Below are positions 9,101-17,639 of a DNA stretch of 64,000 nucleotides, one piece after another; the stretch's first letter is position 1, and the number at the start of each line of letters is the position of its first letter. The notes beneath the pieces were generated by a model. The model did not search any database and had not been told where the DNA came from. It was given only the letters and a program-made list of their open reading frames with translations. The translations under genes and the position numbers were made by a program. The stretch is from a virus (taxonomy: Duplodnaviria; Caudoviricetes): IMG/VR virus record IMGVR_UViG_3300028410_000746. One strand, given 5' to 3'.

Positions 9101-9597
9101 ACGACGCTCTAATCGTTCGCGAGACCCTGAACACGGCCTCGACCTTCCTGGAGCAGAGAGGGGCAGTGAAGGCGTACCTGCTCACGGACGCGCTGGACTA
9201 CCCGACCACGGACGGCGGGGGACCGGTAGACAGCGCGCGCGGGATCTTCGTGGACACGCAGGCCCGTACCCTCGTGGACACATACGATGAGCTGTTTGTG
9301 AGCGGGACGCGCGCGCTTATCCTCGGCAACCTGGGACGCGCCATTCCAGGGTACTCGGACGACGTGACCTTGACAGCTCAGGGCTTCACGACACCTGAAG
9401 AGCGAGACCAGGAGCGATCACGCTTGACCGCCAACAAGGTCCTCGTGAGCTTGCCCGATGGCAGCGTGCCGGATCTCTTCTCGTGGGCGGCGACGTACGT
9501 AGTATCTGGCGACTCGGGAGCCACGTCTATCGTCCCCAGCCCGATCAGCTACGTTGAGCTTGGCGACCTCTCCATCACCTACACCAAGTCCACGTAA
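6199..9597 (+). CDS. Baseplate J-like (gp6-like) wedge protein with N-terminal Ig/FN3-like domains
   Basis: Motifs PGSVTRDI..EP, A.G.AVF, GT.IST...ITFETT, A.NAG.AGNV, GRDEESN.DL..R and G.VDVWV; 1132 aa. Confidence 0.85.
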   Translation: MALTPTIALEGASTFAERLAVVTSIRDQTIVGELAEAVVDIQVRVNGGAFRSDASLVAFDQTGFTVPNPSALPEGLRLAFGPNTIEIRTVDVTGAVSTPATAQIEVTRAQDLDLLVSAPTGLRVRRRSSAVEVVWAENLETSVIGYNVWASTEAGGGSAGYFRLNPNLITTPAFSEDELVDVESATLTYTSTAGSLRIALTEEDFEDVTVATVGNFTLDTSLASDPLQVTTNVQSIQTIIYLNFVHDREDSATLNNEQFVAIPNDEPLYYVITALALDPVTNQQVESVYSSELVGLPLVLDTSLTEVRPRTREEIIRDYLTTLVTENNQISGIPGSVTRDIHIEPPASEAERLHFVADFVRRSRSFATLVAIDDLDGDGITDVTNSYKVALQASLGLTDLADVQTLIDDSFDALASNVQVTRGGQTQAVGQAVFFTRSEPTTDRVVEAGTVISTQGTPAITFETTARVVLPFADRESYFNLSTNRWEIVSPIRAINAGLAGNVTSGQIDTVIGSGTSLQVVNTEVTRFGRDEESNLDLAERGILAFSSVDSGTAGGYLATALKQIGVFRALVVKSGDDSMVRDWDPVRMKQIGGKVDVWVQGSDLNTVTEPFALTFSVARGIQFVLDSNPADLTFITNDPRITPTSPITEVLGSTASQIAQGFAFRNATTAQDFNLTGVVILDYNRVRLDSGLAQPVLAVNDVVLGDVRFQSGASYEPRRQPIFDVDSLRSTTDNVALTEDSNFRFIQDDDPLLTGRSPRAQDRILITPVGGVPSGAQVQVNDERRVLVGQNPVALANLGTNSLTVRVFDLTRTVEYAGPSAASPDFLLVEGDERTPVRLQRVASGLIGNGEEVSVDYLHDENFELVYSVNDLPARVQSAVDIQSHVTADVLVKSAIPLEVDLEMTVRLQDSASQAVVDAALKTQISQLLNSKGIGEGIYQSDVVRVVENTAGVIFVVVPFARMAAADDALIVRETLNTASTFLEQRGAVKAYLLTDALDYPTTDGGGPVDSARGIFVDTQARTLVDTYDELFVSGTRALILGNLGRAIPGYSDDVTLTAQGFTTPEERDQERSRLTANKVLVSLPDGSVPDLFSWAATYVVSGDSGATSIVPSPISYVELGDLSITYTKST

Positions 9598-9608
9598 GGG
9601 AGGCCTTC

Positions 9609-10892
9609 ATGGCCAACAGCTTCCAGGGAGGCCGTCAGACACCAACCCCTCTCGTCGAGAGTGGTAAGGGATACGACCGCGCGCTCGCCGCCCGTGGGCG
9701 CGCGATCACCAGCGCGCTCATGAACCTCCTCCCTTCAAACTACGAATCGACCGTCATAGGGCCCAACTACACGCTCTTCCTCAAGGCGTTCGGAGTGGAG
9801 CTGGCGAGGGTCACCCTCGTGCTGGAGCGGGTAGCCGAGGGGATGAGCTTTGAGCGGGTCCCTTCGGAGTTCCTTTGGGAGACGCTGGGCTACCTCGTCT
9901 TCCTGAACGGGCAGATCCCCGACCTGGGATTTGACGATGAGAGCTTCCGCGCGTTCCTGCTCGCGGTCGTCAGGATCTACTTCCAGGGCTCGACCCCTGA
10001 GGCCATCGCGGAGGGTATCGCGTTGTTTACAGACGCGACGTTCACGATCCGAGAGCTGTACGAAGAGGCTCAGGACCCCGGTTCCATCTACGACATCTCC
10101 GACCAGTTCGGCTTCCTCGTGGACTTCGAGGTCCAGGGGCAGTTCCCCACCAACCCCTTCGAGCTGGATGCAAACACGAGGCTCCTGCTCGAAATCATCC
10201 GGCCGGCGCACACGCTCTACCGCCTACGCTTCGTCTTTGGTGAGGACGTGGGGGAGATCATCCGGAACATCACCGACGACCTCTCCTGGGAACTACGCGT
10301 CTACCACTACGAGGAGGTTCGCAAATACTGCGAGGGTCTTCTGGGGTTCACCTCTTCCACCGGTGCCGTTGCCTCGCCCAACCTCAACCTGATCACCGAC
10401 CTCAACCACCTCCTGGAGTCCGTCCACGCTGGAGCCCGGCTTACGGTGTTCTCCGGGCCCAACACGGGCATCTACGAGGTCGTCAGTGTGGTAGGTTCTG
10501 CGCTAGACGTCTACCCTCCCTTGCGGGTGCCGCAGACCGACATCGCCTACAAGGTCGAGAGGGATCGTCTGGGGCACAAGAAAGAGATCTCGGTGGTGGG
10601 AGAGGTGGGCCGAACGTCCATAGCCCCCTCCAGGCTCGTGGCTGATGCGGGAGGTCCGTACTCCGTCGCGTCTTCAGGCTCAGTGGTCTTGGCACCTGTG
10701 ATCACAGGCGCAGCCGGGGCGTTGACCTATGCGTGGGACCTGACGGGCGACAACGTGTACGACGACGCCCTCATCGAAACGCCTACCTTCACGGCAGGGG
10801 TCGGCCCAGACTCTCAGGTGGTGTCTCTACGCGTCGTGGACGATCTTGGGAGAGAGACCAAGGCCTTCGCTACCATCACCATCCTCCCCTGA
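9609..10892 (+). CDS. Baseplate/tail protein (gpI/gp7-like) with C-terminal PKD-like domain
   Basis: Follows the baseplate J gene; QGSTPEAI..GI and IIRPAHTLY motifs; LTYAWDL.GD..YDD PKD-like tail. Confidence 0.7.
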   Translation: MANSFQGGRQTPTPLVESGKGYDRALAARGRAITSALMNLLPSNYESTVIGPNYTLFLKAFGVELARVTLVLERVAEGMSFERVPSEFLWETLGYLVFLNGQIPDLGFDDESFRAFLLAVVRIYFQGSTPEAIAEGIALFTDATFTIRELYEEAQDPGSIYDISDQFGFLVDFEVQGQFPTNPFELDANTRLLLEIIRPAHTLYRLRFVFGEDVGEIIRNITDDLSWELRVYHYEEVRKYCEGLLGFTSSTGAVASPNLNLITDLNHLLESVHAGARLTVFSGPNTGIYEVVSVVGSALDVYPPLRVPQTDIAYKVERDRLGHKKEISVVGEVGRTSIAPSRLVADAGGPYSVASSGSVVLAPVITGAAGALTYAWDLTGDNVYDDALIETPTFTAGVGPDSQVVSLRVVDDLGRETKAFATITILP

Positions 10893-11307
10893 TGCTCTTG
10901 AGGGCGTGGTAGGTCATGTGCCATTTCCAGTCTTCAAACCAGAACTCACGCTCCTTCATCTCCCGGTAGTTGGGGTCGGAGCTGTGGGCGGAGACAGGGC
11001 AGAACTCGGAGGTTGGGCAGACAGCGGAGACCGCAGAGCGAACAATTCCGAAGATCTCATGCCAAGCACGGTTTGGGTCGTCCTCACGGGGTAGGTGGGA
11101 GGCCCGCCAGCAGGTAGACACGACGTAGTACGTCTTCTCAGCCGGAGGTAAAACCCCACCGGTGTGCCTAGTTATAAGTCGCAGGTCTCCAGGCGATGCC
11201 TCTCTTCGGAAGTAGGCTCCAATCGCTTCAAGTCTCCGGATCAGATTTTCCTGATCCGCTTTTTCCAGGCCTCGGACCCAGGGGTCAGACTCCCAGAGGT
11301 CGAGCAC
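10876..11307 (-). CDS. Hypothetical protein
   Basis: 143-aa ORF filling the gap, divergent from the kinase gene; GTG start. Confidence 0.5.
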   Translation of the reverse strand: MLDLWESDPWVRGLEKADQENLIRRLEAIGAYFRREASPGDLRLITRHTGGVLPPAEKTYYVVSTCWRASHLPREDDPNRAWHEIFGIVRSAVSAVCPTSEFCPVSAHSSDPNYREMKEREFWFEDWKWHMTYHALKSIRGGW

Positions 11308-11371
11308 AATAATCTTCTTGTAAGAGCGGGTGAGTGTTGACTACCAAGACCCCCCTTCGGAGAATCCCCAC

Positions 11372-12412
11372 ATGTCCCACGTCAAGCTGGCTCAGCGTGT
11401 CGCGTACCTCTACTCCCACCGCCACGCCGCGCAGTTCAAGTATGCGGGGCCTCTCACCGACGTGAGCAAGCTCCGGTACCAAGCGGTGTTCCTGATGGGG
11501 CCTGCGGGGTCGGGCAAGTCGTACCTCGTGGACGGCATGTATATGAAGTACATGCCCGGAGCCCCTCCGGAGGGCGTCAAGAGAGAGAACCTGTCCAAAT
11601 ACTTTGAGCGTGATCTTAGCGAGGCCGAGCGAGGCCTCACCAACGTCACCTTTGACAAGGCCGTGGAGTCGCTCCGTTCTCGGGGATTCGAGATTGAGTT
11701 GGCCCAAGGAGGAGGAAGCGCGCGTATCCCCTTCCGCCTCTACACCTACGACGAGACGGGAGGTGAGGCCCTGATCGACCCTTCGGACTATGGTAACGCC
11801 CTCCCCAAAGACATTTACCAGGAGGTCAAGGAGCTGGAGTCTGTGATCTATCGCGCTCCCAAGCGTGAGCTGCCCTCATACTGGCGTCAGGTGAACCCGG
11901 ACCTCTACAAGGAGGAGCTTATAGGTTACCGAGAGGGTCAGCCGGGCTTTGTCCATGAGATGTCTTCTCAGATGTCGAAGGGCTACTTCGCGGCCGCTCT
12001 TGAGTCCGGAGATCCGATGGTCGTGGACGGTACGGGCACGAACCTGCGCAAGATGACCCGGCAGATCGCGGAGGCGAAGGCCGAGGGATATCAGACCAGC
12101 GTGGTCTACGTCTACGTACCTTTGACCATCTCCCTTCTGCGCAACGCAGCCAGGGCGCGCAAGGTAGACCCCTTCGTCGTCTTGAACCAGTGGAAGGCTG
12201 TACACAAGAACTACCCCAAGCTCCGTGGCTTCGCAGACAAGGCCAAGCTCATCGACAACTCCAACCCTTCCTACGATGCCAAGCTGTACCAGACCAAGGG
12301 GGAGGGTGTAGACCAGTTCATGCGTCAGAAGACCAACATGTCCCTCGCGGAGTTCGTCATGGCCGAGGCGCCACAGGAGCGCTCGGTGCTCAAGAAGTTG
12401 GGCGCTCTCTGA
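11372..12412 (+). CDS. Zeta-toxin-like P-loop kinase
   Basis: Walker A MGPAGSGKS; VVDGTG; VVYVYVPLTISLLRNAARARKV matches the zeta toxin/AAA_33 pattern; GGAG RBS before ATG 11372. Confidence 0.75.
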   Translation: MSHVKLAQRVAYLYSHRHAAQFKYAGPLTDVSKLRYQAVFLMGPAGSGKSYLVDGMYMKYMPGAPPEGVKRENLSKYFERDLSEAERGLTNVTFDKAVESLRSRGFEIELAQGGGSARIPFRLYTYDETGGEALIDPSDYGNALPKDIYQEVKELESVIYRAPKRELPSYWRQVNPDLYKEELIGYREGQPGFVHEMSSQMSKGYFAAALESGDPMVVDGTGTNLRKMTRQIAEAKAEGYQTSVVYVYVPLTISLLRNAARARKVDPFVVLNQWKAVHKNYPKLRGFADKAKLIDNSNPSYDAKLYQTKGEGVDQFMRQKTNMSLAEFVMAEAPQERSVLKKLGAL

Positions 12413-12434
12413 GACCTTGACCCGACTACGCAAG

Positions 12435-12476
12435 AAGAGGCCCTCCTGAATCAAATCAGGAGGGCCTCTTGTTTTT
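12435..12476. terminator. Bidirectional intrinsic terminator
   Basis: 15-bp stem AAGAGGCCCTCCTGA / TCAGGAGGGCCTCTT plus GTTTTT, between convergent genes. Confidence 0.85.
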
Positions 12477-12757
12477 CACGCCCACAGCGGCCGTTTCTTC
12501 TCACACATGAAGTCCACGGACAGCCCCTCTCGGACCCTGACCAGCTCCTCCCGGTCAAACACATCATCGACGAAGACGGCCTCCTTCATCTTCTCTTGCA
12601 GGGCTTTATCAGCGGACACGAAGGCTCTTACGGCCTCCTCCAGCTCTGCCAGAACGTCGACTCCTCTCTTAACCCGGTCACGTCGGGCTTCCACCTCAAC
12701 ATGACCGGCCAGCTCTTCGACCATACAGGCCACGACCAGCTCGAACATTTTTTCCAT
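12476..12757 (-). CDS. Hypothetical protein (MEKMFELVV...)
   Basis: GAGG RBS; downstream of the promoter at 12833-12861. Confidence 0.65.
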   Translation of the reverse strand: MEKMFELVVACMVEELAGHVEVEARRDRVKRGVDVLAELEEAVRAFVSADKALQEKMKEAVFVDDVFDREELVRVREGLSVDFMCEKKRPLWA

Positions 12758-12832
12758 TCGGACACCTCTCCGGCAGTCTCTCTGGCCCCCAGGAGTACCT
12801 GAGAGGGCGGTCAAGAACTCTCCGCCACCACT

Positions 12833-12861
12833 CCTATACCACAAGGAGAGTTTGTCGTAAA
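12833..12861 (-). promoter_or_regulatory. Early promoter TTTACG-N17-TATAGG with TGTGG
   Basis: Member of the repeated motif family. Confidence 0.75.
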
Positions 12862-12868
12862 AACTTAC

Positions 12869-13297
12869 TCAGGTAGACCAAACGACGTCGTACCCCATCA
12901 CGTAGTAGGAGTAGAACCGAAACACCTCCTTTCTCTTCCCCTGTCGGTAGTGGTCCCCGGCCCACGCATCCGCAGATCGGTCCTGTGGAAAACTCGAATG
13001 CTCCAGCAGCTTCGTGCACATCTCAAGCGTCATAAGGTATCCGCGTCCGTTGCTCCAGCCCTTCTCGCAGTCTCTCCAGTAGGTGTGGTCAAACACACCC
13101 TCTTCACCCTTGTCCAGCTCTGCCAGGACCTCCCTCAGGATCTGGATGCACTGTTCATGGTCACAGTCCTCCAACAGCGGGTAGCCCAGCGCCTTGCCCA
13201 TCGAGAGCGCCGAACCTCTATGCACGCTCATACTGCTGATAGGCTCCCTCGCGTCTACAAGGCTGCCCGTCGTCTCAACGTCTACTGATCTCGCCAT
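12869..13297 (-). CDS. Hypothetical protein
   Basis: GAGGAG RBS; 142 aa. Confidence 0.7.
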   Translation of the reverse strand: MARSVDVETTGSLVDAREPISSMSVHRGSALSMGKALGYPLLEDCDHEQCIQILREVLAELDKGEEGVFDHTYWRDCEKGWSNGRGYLMTLEMCTKLLEHSSFPQDRSADAWAGDHYRQGKRKEVFRFYSYYVMGYDVVWST

Positions 13298-13328
13298 GTC
13301 CTCACCTCTTGAAGTGGTTGTTGCCTTC

Positions 13329-13358
13329 CTTATACCACAAGAGAGAGAGGCGAGTAAA
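13329..13358 (-). promoter_or_regulatory. Early promoter TTTACT-N18-TATAAG with TGTGG
   Basis: Member of the repeated motif family. Confidence 0.7.
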
Positions 13359-13363
13359 GAGAC

Positions 13364-13930
13364 TCAGTTCACGATACCGTCGTGCGCGTGATCCATGACC
13401 GAAACGCTCCAGAACATGAGCAGCGTGTGGAAGTCCGGGAAGACGGTGACGAACACCGGCTCGGCCTGAGCGTGGACGCTCTGGAGGATACGCGCGCCTG
13501 ACTTGAAGGGGAGAGGGTCGCTGGGGAGGAGACGAAGCGTGAGCCGGGTGAAGACCTCACGCACTTCAACCTTTTGAAGGGGAACCGTGGTCTCCTCATA
13601 CAGGACGGTCATGTGGTTGTCCTGGTGGCGCAGCATTGGGACGTGTGGGGTCCCGGCATCTTCGCACGGCTTGAGCAGCATGGAGCGCATGTTCATGTCC
13701 GAGACCGCGCTGTTGAGCAGGTTGAGCTTGTTGAGGTACAAGAAGGCCTGCTGGTAACGGTGCACGTGTTGATCAAAGATCTCCATGAAGTCTTCGCTGG
13801 AAGCCTCCTGGAAGTTTGGCAGCGTGTGTAGAGGGATCTCCTGGAGCTTGTCCACCTGCTGCGAGTAGTTCTCTCGCCACCGCTCCAGGGTCTGTCTCAT
13901 CACCGGGTTCTCGTACAGCATCTTCGTCAT
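13364..13930 (-). CDS. Hypothetical protein
   Basis: GGAG RBS; 188 aa. Confidence 0.7.
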   Translation of the reverse strand: MTKMLYENPVMRQTLERWRENYSQQVDKLQEIPLHTLPNFQEASSEDFMEIFDQHVHRYQQAFLYLNKLNLLNSAVSDMNMRSMLLKPCEDAGTPHVPMLRHQDNHMTVLYEETTVPLQKVEVREVFTRLTLRLLPSDPLPFKSGARILQSVHAQAEPVFVTVFPDFHTLLMFWSVSVMDHAHDGIVN

Positions 13931-13984
13931 GGGGGACTCCAGGTCAGGGGGTTACCTGACACAGACCACCAAAACATCACCGTC

Positions 13985-14275
13985 TTACGCCAGCGCTCGC
14001 TTGACAGACGCTCGGACTGCCTTCGCGAACTTCAAGCAGGTCGACTTATCGGGCTGTGTGTACGTCTCGTAAGCCCCGGTCCGGTGAATCCGGATGCTCC
14101 ACATGAGCATGTTTACGTCGTACGACACGTCAATGGCGTTGAACGTCCTTACATGCCAGGACGTCTCGATCCTGCCGTTGGCGGGGTTGGCCATCGGGCC
14201 CGAGATGACCACGAGAGGTCCCTCAGTCATGATGAGGTTCTCGCCTATCGTTGTTGCTTTTCCGTCCATGTTCAT
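13985..14275 (-). CDS. Hypothetical protein
   Basis: GGAG RBS; 96 aa. Confidence 0.6.
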   Translation of the reverse strand: MNMDGKATTIGENLIMTEGPLVVISGPMANPANGRIETSWHVRTFNAIDVSYDVNMLMWSIRIHRTGAYETYTQPDKSTCLKFAKAVRASVKRALA

Positions 14276-14306
14276 ATCTCCGTGTCAGTAAAGGGGTTTA
14301 TTGAAG

Positions 14307-15023
14307 TCATGGCGCCAAGAAGGAGGTCTCGGGTTGGGGCTCTCCCGTCTCCGAAGGCACGCTCACCAATACTCTGGACGGCCATCGCAGCGCTGTCAAA
14401 GCTCCCCCTCGCACGCATGAGGTGTCCAGGCATGCCCAGAACGTGTGAGCCTTGGTCTCATTGAGCCAGTAGTGCCCAAAGGCCACGAACTCGGGCCCTT
14501 CCCACGCCTCCCACCACCGGACGCGCTCGCGCTCAGCATTGACGAGACCGTAGATGCACTCTCGCGTCTCCCCCGGATAGGCGTGGACACACAACAGGCT
14601 GCCCCCATCCACCTCCAGGACGTGCGGGAGGTCCTTGAGCATACAGACGCCAAAGGCTTCCAGCTCTTCGGGAGTATAGCGCTCCCGGAGCTGTGTGATG
14701 GTGCCCTGGAGGCCGTGAGCTATCGTGACCGGGTTGCCCATCATCCAGCGCGCGAGCATGTTGTCGTGGTTGCCCATGACCCACTCGACACGACCCGCCC
14801 TCCAGTTGGTGTATACCAAGTCGAAGACGTCCGCGTTGCTCGGGCCTCGGTCACACAGGTCTCCCAGGAAGACGACCTTGCGACCTTTTGGATGACTGAT
14901 CACGCCCTCTTCCAACACGTACCCCAGCTTCTCCAGGAGCTTGAGCAGCTCCACGTAGCAGCCGTGGACGTCCCCTATGACATCACATTCGACCAGTTCG
15001 TGCCTGTTTACTCGCCTCGTCAT
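14307..15023 (-). CDS. Calcineurin-like metallophosphoesterase (PrpE/ApaH-like)
   Basis: Motifs GDVHGC, FLGDLCDRG, GNHD, VHA, FGHY and LDTSCVRGGALTAL. Confidence 0.9.
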   Translation of the reverse strand: MTRRVNRHELVECDVIGDVHGCYVELLKLLEKLGYVLEEGVISHPKGRKVVFLGDLCDRGPSNADVFDLVYTNWRAGRVEWVMGNHDNMLARWMMGNPVTIAHGLQGTITQLRERYTPEELEAFGVCMLKDLPHVLEVDGGSLLCVHAYPGETRECIYGLVNAERERVRWWEAWEGPEFVAFGHYWLNETKAHTFWACLDTSCVRGGALTALRWPSRVLVSVPSETGEPQPETSFLAP

Positions 15024-15102
15024 TCGTATTGTCCTTATACTCGATGCTCTACGTAAGGTTCGTATACCTCAACTTACGTCAACCTGTCAAGGATTCTTCC
15101 TC

Positions 15103-15495
15103 ATGTCCAACCAACGTAAGATTGCCCAGCGCGTCGCCCGCCTCGCCGGAGCCCCCCAGGTCCGAACCGCATCCATGGATGCCATCATGGATGGCATCAA
15201 GATCGTGCGTCAAGGGCGTGATCGAACCCAGAAGGAGCTGAACAAGCTCTCCGAGAAGGTCCGCCGAGAGATGGAGAAGCTTGGCTTCGAGGTCAAGTCG
15301 GTCGCCATCTTCCCGTATAATTCGGGGAGCGATGGTATCCACATCGAAGGGGAGGTGAAGTTCGACTTCGGGCGTGATCAGGAGTTCATGGAGCGTCACG
15401 TCCTCAAAGACCTCCTCTACGACCACATCGGCTCAATGAGCGTGGACATGAACCGCAGCGGAAGCGGTTACGTCCTCACCCTCGACTCGAAGTGA
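15103..15495 (+). CDS. Hypothetical protein with N-terminal KIAQRVA motif
   Basis: 130-aa ORF from ATG 15103; its N-terminus resembles that of the zeta-like kinase. Confidence 0.7.
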   Translation: MSNQRKIAQRVARLAGAPQVRTASMDAIMDGIKIVRQGRDRTQKELNKLSEKVRREMEKLGFEVKSVAIFPYNSGSDGIHIEGEVKFDFGRDQEFMERHVLKDLLYDHIGSMSVDMNRSGSGYVLTLDSK

Positions 15496-15832
15496 GAGCT
15501 TCTGACACAGGGGGCACGAGGTCGAGCACTCCTTACCGGGCTGATGATGCGTCAACGCAGGCTTGAGTTCTTTGCGTGGGGTGACCCACAGTTCGAGGTC
15601 GATGCTGTTCTCGGACCAGGGCCTCGCATCCAGTATGCGTACCCTCCCGAACGCATACTGCTCCTCCCATAGATCACCCGACAGCCAATGTCCCCACCAT
15701 CCGATAGTTGGCCCCGCAGGTCGTGACCACAGGGCGGCCTATGTCGCGTGCCGTGATGAACACCATCAATGGCAGCGCCACGAAGACGAGGAGACCGGCC
15801 ACCAGCTTTTCTATTCGATCGCTTCCGTTCAT
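15433..15832 (-). pseudogene. Apparently frameshifted small membrane-protein gene
   Basis: AGGAG RBS and ATG 15832 give only 52 aa. Removing one base from the run at 15712-15715 joins it to a start-less frame (PTIGWWGHWLSGDLWEEQYAFGRVRILD...). Confidence 0.35.
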
Positions 15833-15857
15833 ACCACTCTCCTTGAGTGTTGGTGCC

Positions 15858-16214
15858 TCAACCCAGGCTGAATCCCAGCTCTTGGGCCTTGGCGTGTTTT
15901 TCTACGTTGGCAGCGAAGGAGCGCAAGAAGACAACCTCTCCGTTAAGGCGGAGCTGGTACCGATGGTAACCTCCCGCCCCATACAGGACCGCGACCACCT
16001 CATGTTCCATTTCAGGAGGCATCTCATCCTCCTCCCGGAGGAGCGTCTTCCAGGTGCTCGCGACGTCTCGTAACGTCGCTACCTGCATGGTCTCAGGGAT
16101 AGAGTGGTCGTCAAGGGCCTCCTGGAACCCCAAAGACTGGAGAGACCGCCAACGCGGCCCCTCCAGCTCTTCGAGCTTGTCCAGGAGTTTTGGGTCGTCG
16201 ATAAAGACGCTCAT
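15858..16214 (-). CDS. Hypothetical protein (MSVFIDDPKLL...)
   Basis: GGAG RBS before ATG 16214. Confidence 0.7.
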   Translation of the reverse strand: MSVFIDDPKLLDKLEELEGPRWRSLQSLGFQEALDDHSIPETMQVATLRDVASTWKTLLREEDEMPPEMEHEVVAVLYGAGGYHRYQLRLNGEVVFLRSFAANVEKHAKAQELGFSLG

Positions 16215-16254
16215 CAAGGCTCCGTGGGGGCCCCCGTCAAGGGGCCCGGTGAGG

Positions 16255-16869
16255 TCAGCGGGCGGGGACCGTGAAGACCCCCTGAGGTCCGAGGCCCAGC
16301 GTTCCGGGGTAGGCCGCCTGGATGGCCTCCCACGCCGCCCTCTTCTCGGTCTTCGGGACGCTCCAGCGCTTGGAGTCGCCATCGAACTTGCGGCCCTTCA
16401 CCTTGCGAATGGCGTCTACGAATCCCTCATCGTAGGTCGTGTCGAGGAAGAGACGGTCGCCCTCGACCTCGATTCGGACGTCGGCCAGCTTGCTACCGAC
16501 CTTGGTGGCCAGCACCGTGTAGCCCATCTGGGTGAGGGCCTTGAGGCACACGATGGCGTCGTCCTGGTGGGTCTTGGCCTTGCGCCACACGGCGAGCGCA
16601 ATGTTGAGGGCCTTGGCTGCCGACCTGGAGTCGTTGTCCAGGACCGCCTTCATCGTGCGGTCTGCGAGGCCGTCGACCGTGAGGTCCTGGAGGGTCTTGG
16701 ACACCTCCTTCGCGGTGCGGTCGTCGATGTCGTGGGCATCCTCGTACCCGTACTTGCCCCTGCAAATCGGGCCGATGCCGAACTCGATCGAGGTGGGGTC
16801 CGTGAGGGCCCGGCCGCAGCACGAGCAGTGTGTGGGTATGACGTTGTAGATGCGGTAGTCAATGGCCAT
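16255..16869 (-). CDS. DUF6011-like Zn-binding protein with C-terminal HARP-like domain
   Basis: CSCCGRALTDPTSIEFGIGPIC motif; C-terminal YDEGFVDAIRKVKGRKFDGDSKRWSVP resembles HARP. Confidence 0.7.
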   Translation of the reverse strand: MAIDYRIYNVIPTHCSCCGRALTDPTSIEFGIGPICRGKYGYEDAHDIDDRTAKEVSKTLQDLTVDGLADRTMKAVLDNDSRSAAKALNIALAVWRKAKTHQDDAIVCLKALTQMGYTVLATKVGSKLADVRIEVEGDRLFLDTTYDEGFVDAIRKVKGRKFDGDSKRWSVPKTEKRAAWEAIQAAYPGTLGLGPQGVFTVPAR

Positions 16870-16890
16870 GGTATTCTCTCCCGTCGTGTT

Positions 16891-16962
16891 GCGCCGTTGG
16901 GGCGCGGTGTGTCTCGCTTCGTCTTACACACTCTATATACCACAAGGGTGGGGGACCGTAAA
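16891..16962 (-). promoter_or_regulatory. Early promoter cassette TTTACG-N17-TATATA with TGTGG, plus GCGCC-CCAAC-GGCGC hairpin
   Basis: 26-bp core (16921-16946) is identical to 56515-56540; hairpin identical to 4206-4220. Confidence 0.85.
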
Positions 16963-16974
16963 AACAAATGCACA

Positions 16975-17008
16975 AATCCCCCATACGATTGGCGTCGCAT
17001 GGGGGATT
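16975..17008 (-). terminator. Probable intrinsic terminator
   Basis: AATCCCCCAT / ATGGGGGATT stem followed by a T-rich run on the minus strand. Confidence 0.6.
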
Positions 17009-17169
17009 CCGGCTAGCCGGACGTGCGCCGTGTGGATTGCAGGATACTACGGCTCTTCCTGGCAAGATCACCCGACCCCGTGAGGGGAGGAAGGTTTCCG
17101 GCATACTAATACCGAATTCGGTCTCTTGCTGCGGGCGATACTGGCGCCTCCACCCGCTGGGCTGCTATC

Positions 17170-17430
17170 TCAAATCGAATAGGTGTAGCTCTCGCTGTCC
17201 CATGTGGTGTTAAAGCTGACGACCATTGGGGAGTCTCTTTTGGTACATCCCCAGGGGAGGATCTCCCAACCGTTACCCGAGTAGCCTCCATATCCTCGAA
17301 AATCATGGTCTATGATGTACCCCGCTCTCGTTGGGTCCTGGAGGATGGCCCACGCACATCCGGCGCGAAACCACGCACCGGGTGTGAGGGTCTCACCCTT
17401 GCGGGTGGGATGTGTACCTTCGGCACACAT
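17170..17430 (-). CDS. Hypothetical protein (MCAEGTHPTRK...)
   Basis: ATG just after the stop of the upstream gene; weak RBS. Confidence 0.45.
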   Translation of the reverse strand: MCAEGTHPTRKGETLTPGAWFRAGCAWAILQDPTRAGYIIDHDFRGYGGYSGNGWEILPWGCTKRDSPMVVSFNTTWDSESYTYSI

Positions 17431-17435
17431 CCATG

Positions 17436-17639
17436 TCACGAGGTCACCCAAGGCCACGCTCTTGTGTGTGTGTACCCCTCCAGACTCTCTACTACATAGG
17501 CCACCATGTGGTCCCACTCGTCGGTTGGCCGTTTATATTCGGCCAACAGCCAGACCACTCGTGAAATGTTCTCCGGCACGCTACGAGTGTCCTGGAGCGC
17601 CTGTCGTAGCGCGCCCCATACGAGCTTCATGTCTTCCAT
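17436..17639 (-). CDS. Hypothetical protein (MEDMKLVW...)
   Basis: TGATG coupling to the upstream gene. Confidence 0.55.
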   Translation of the reverse strand: MEDMKLVWGALRQALQDTRSVPENISRVVWLLAEYKRPTDEWDHMVAYVVESLEGYTHTRAWPWVTS

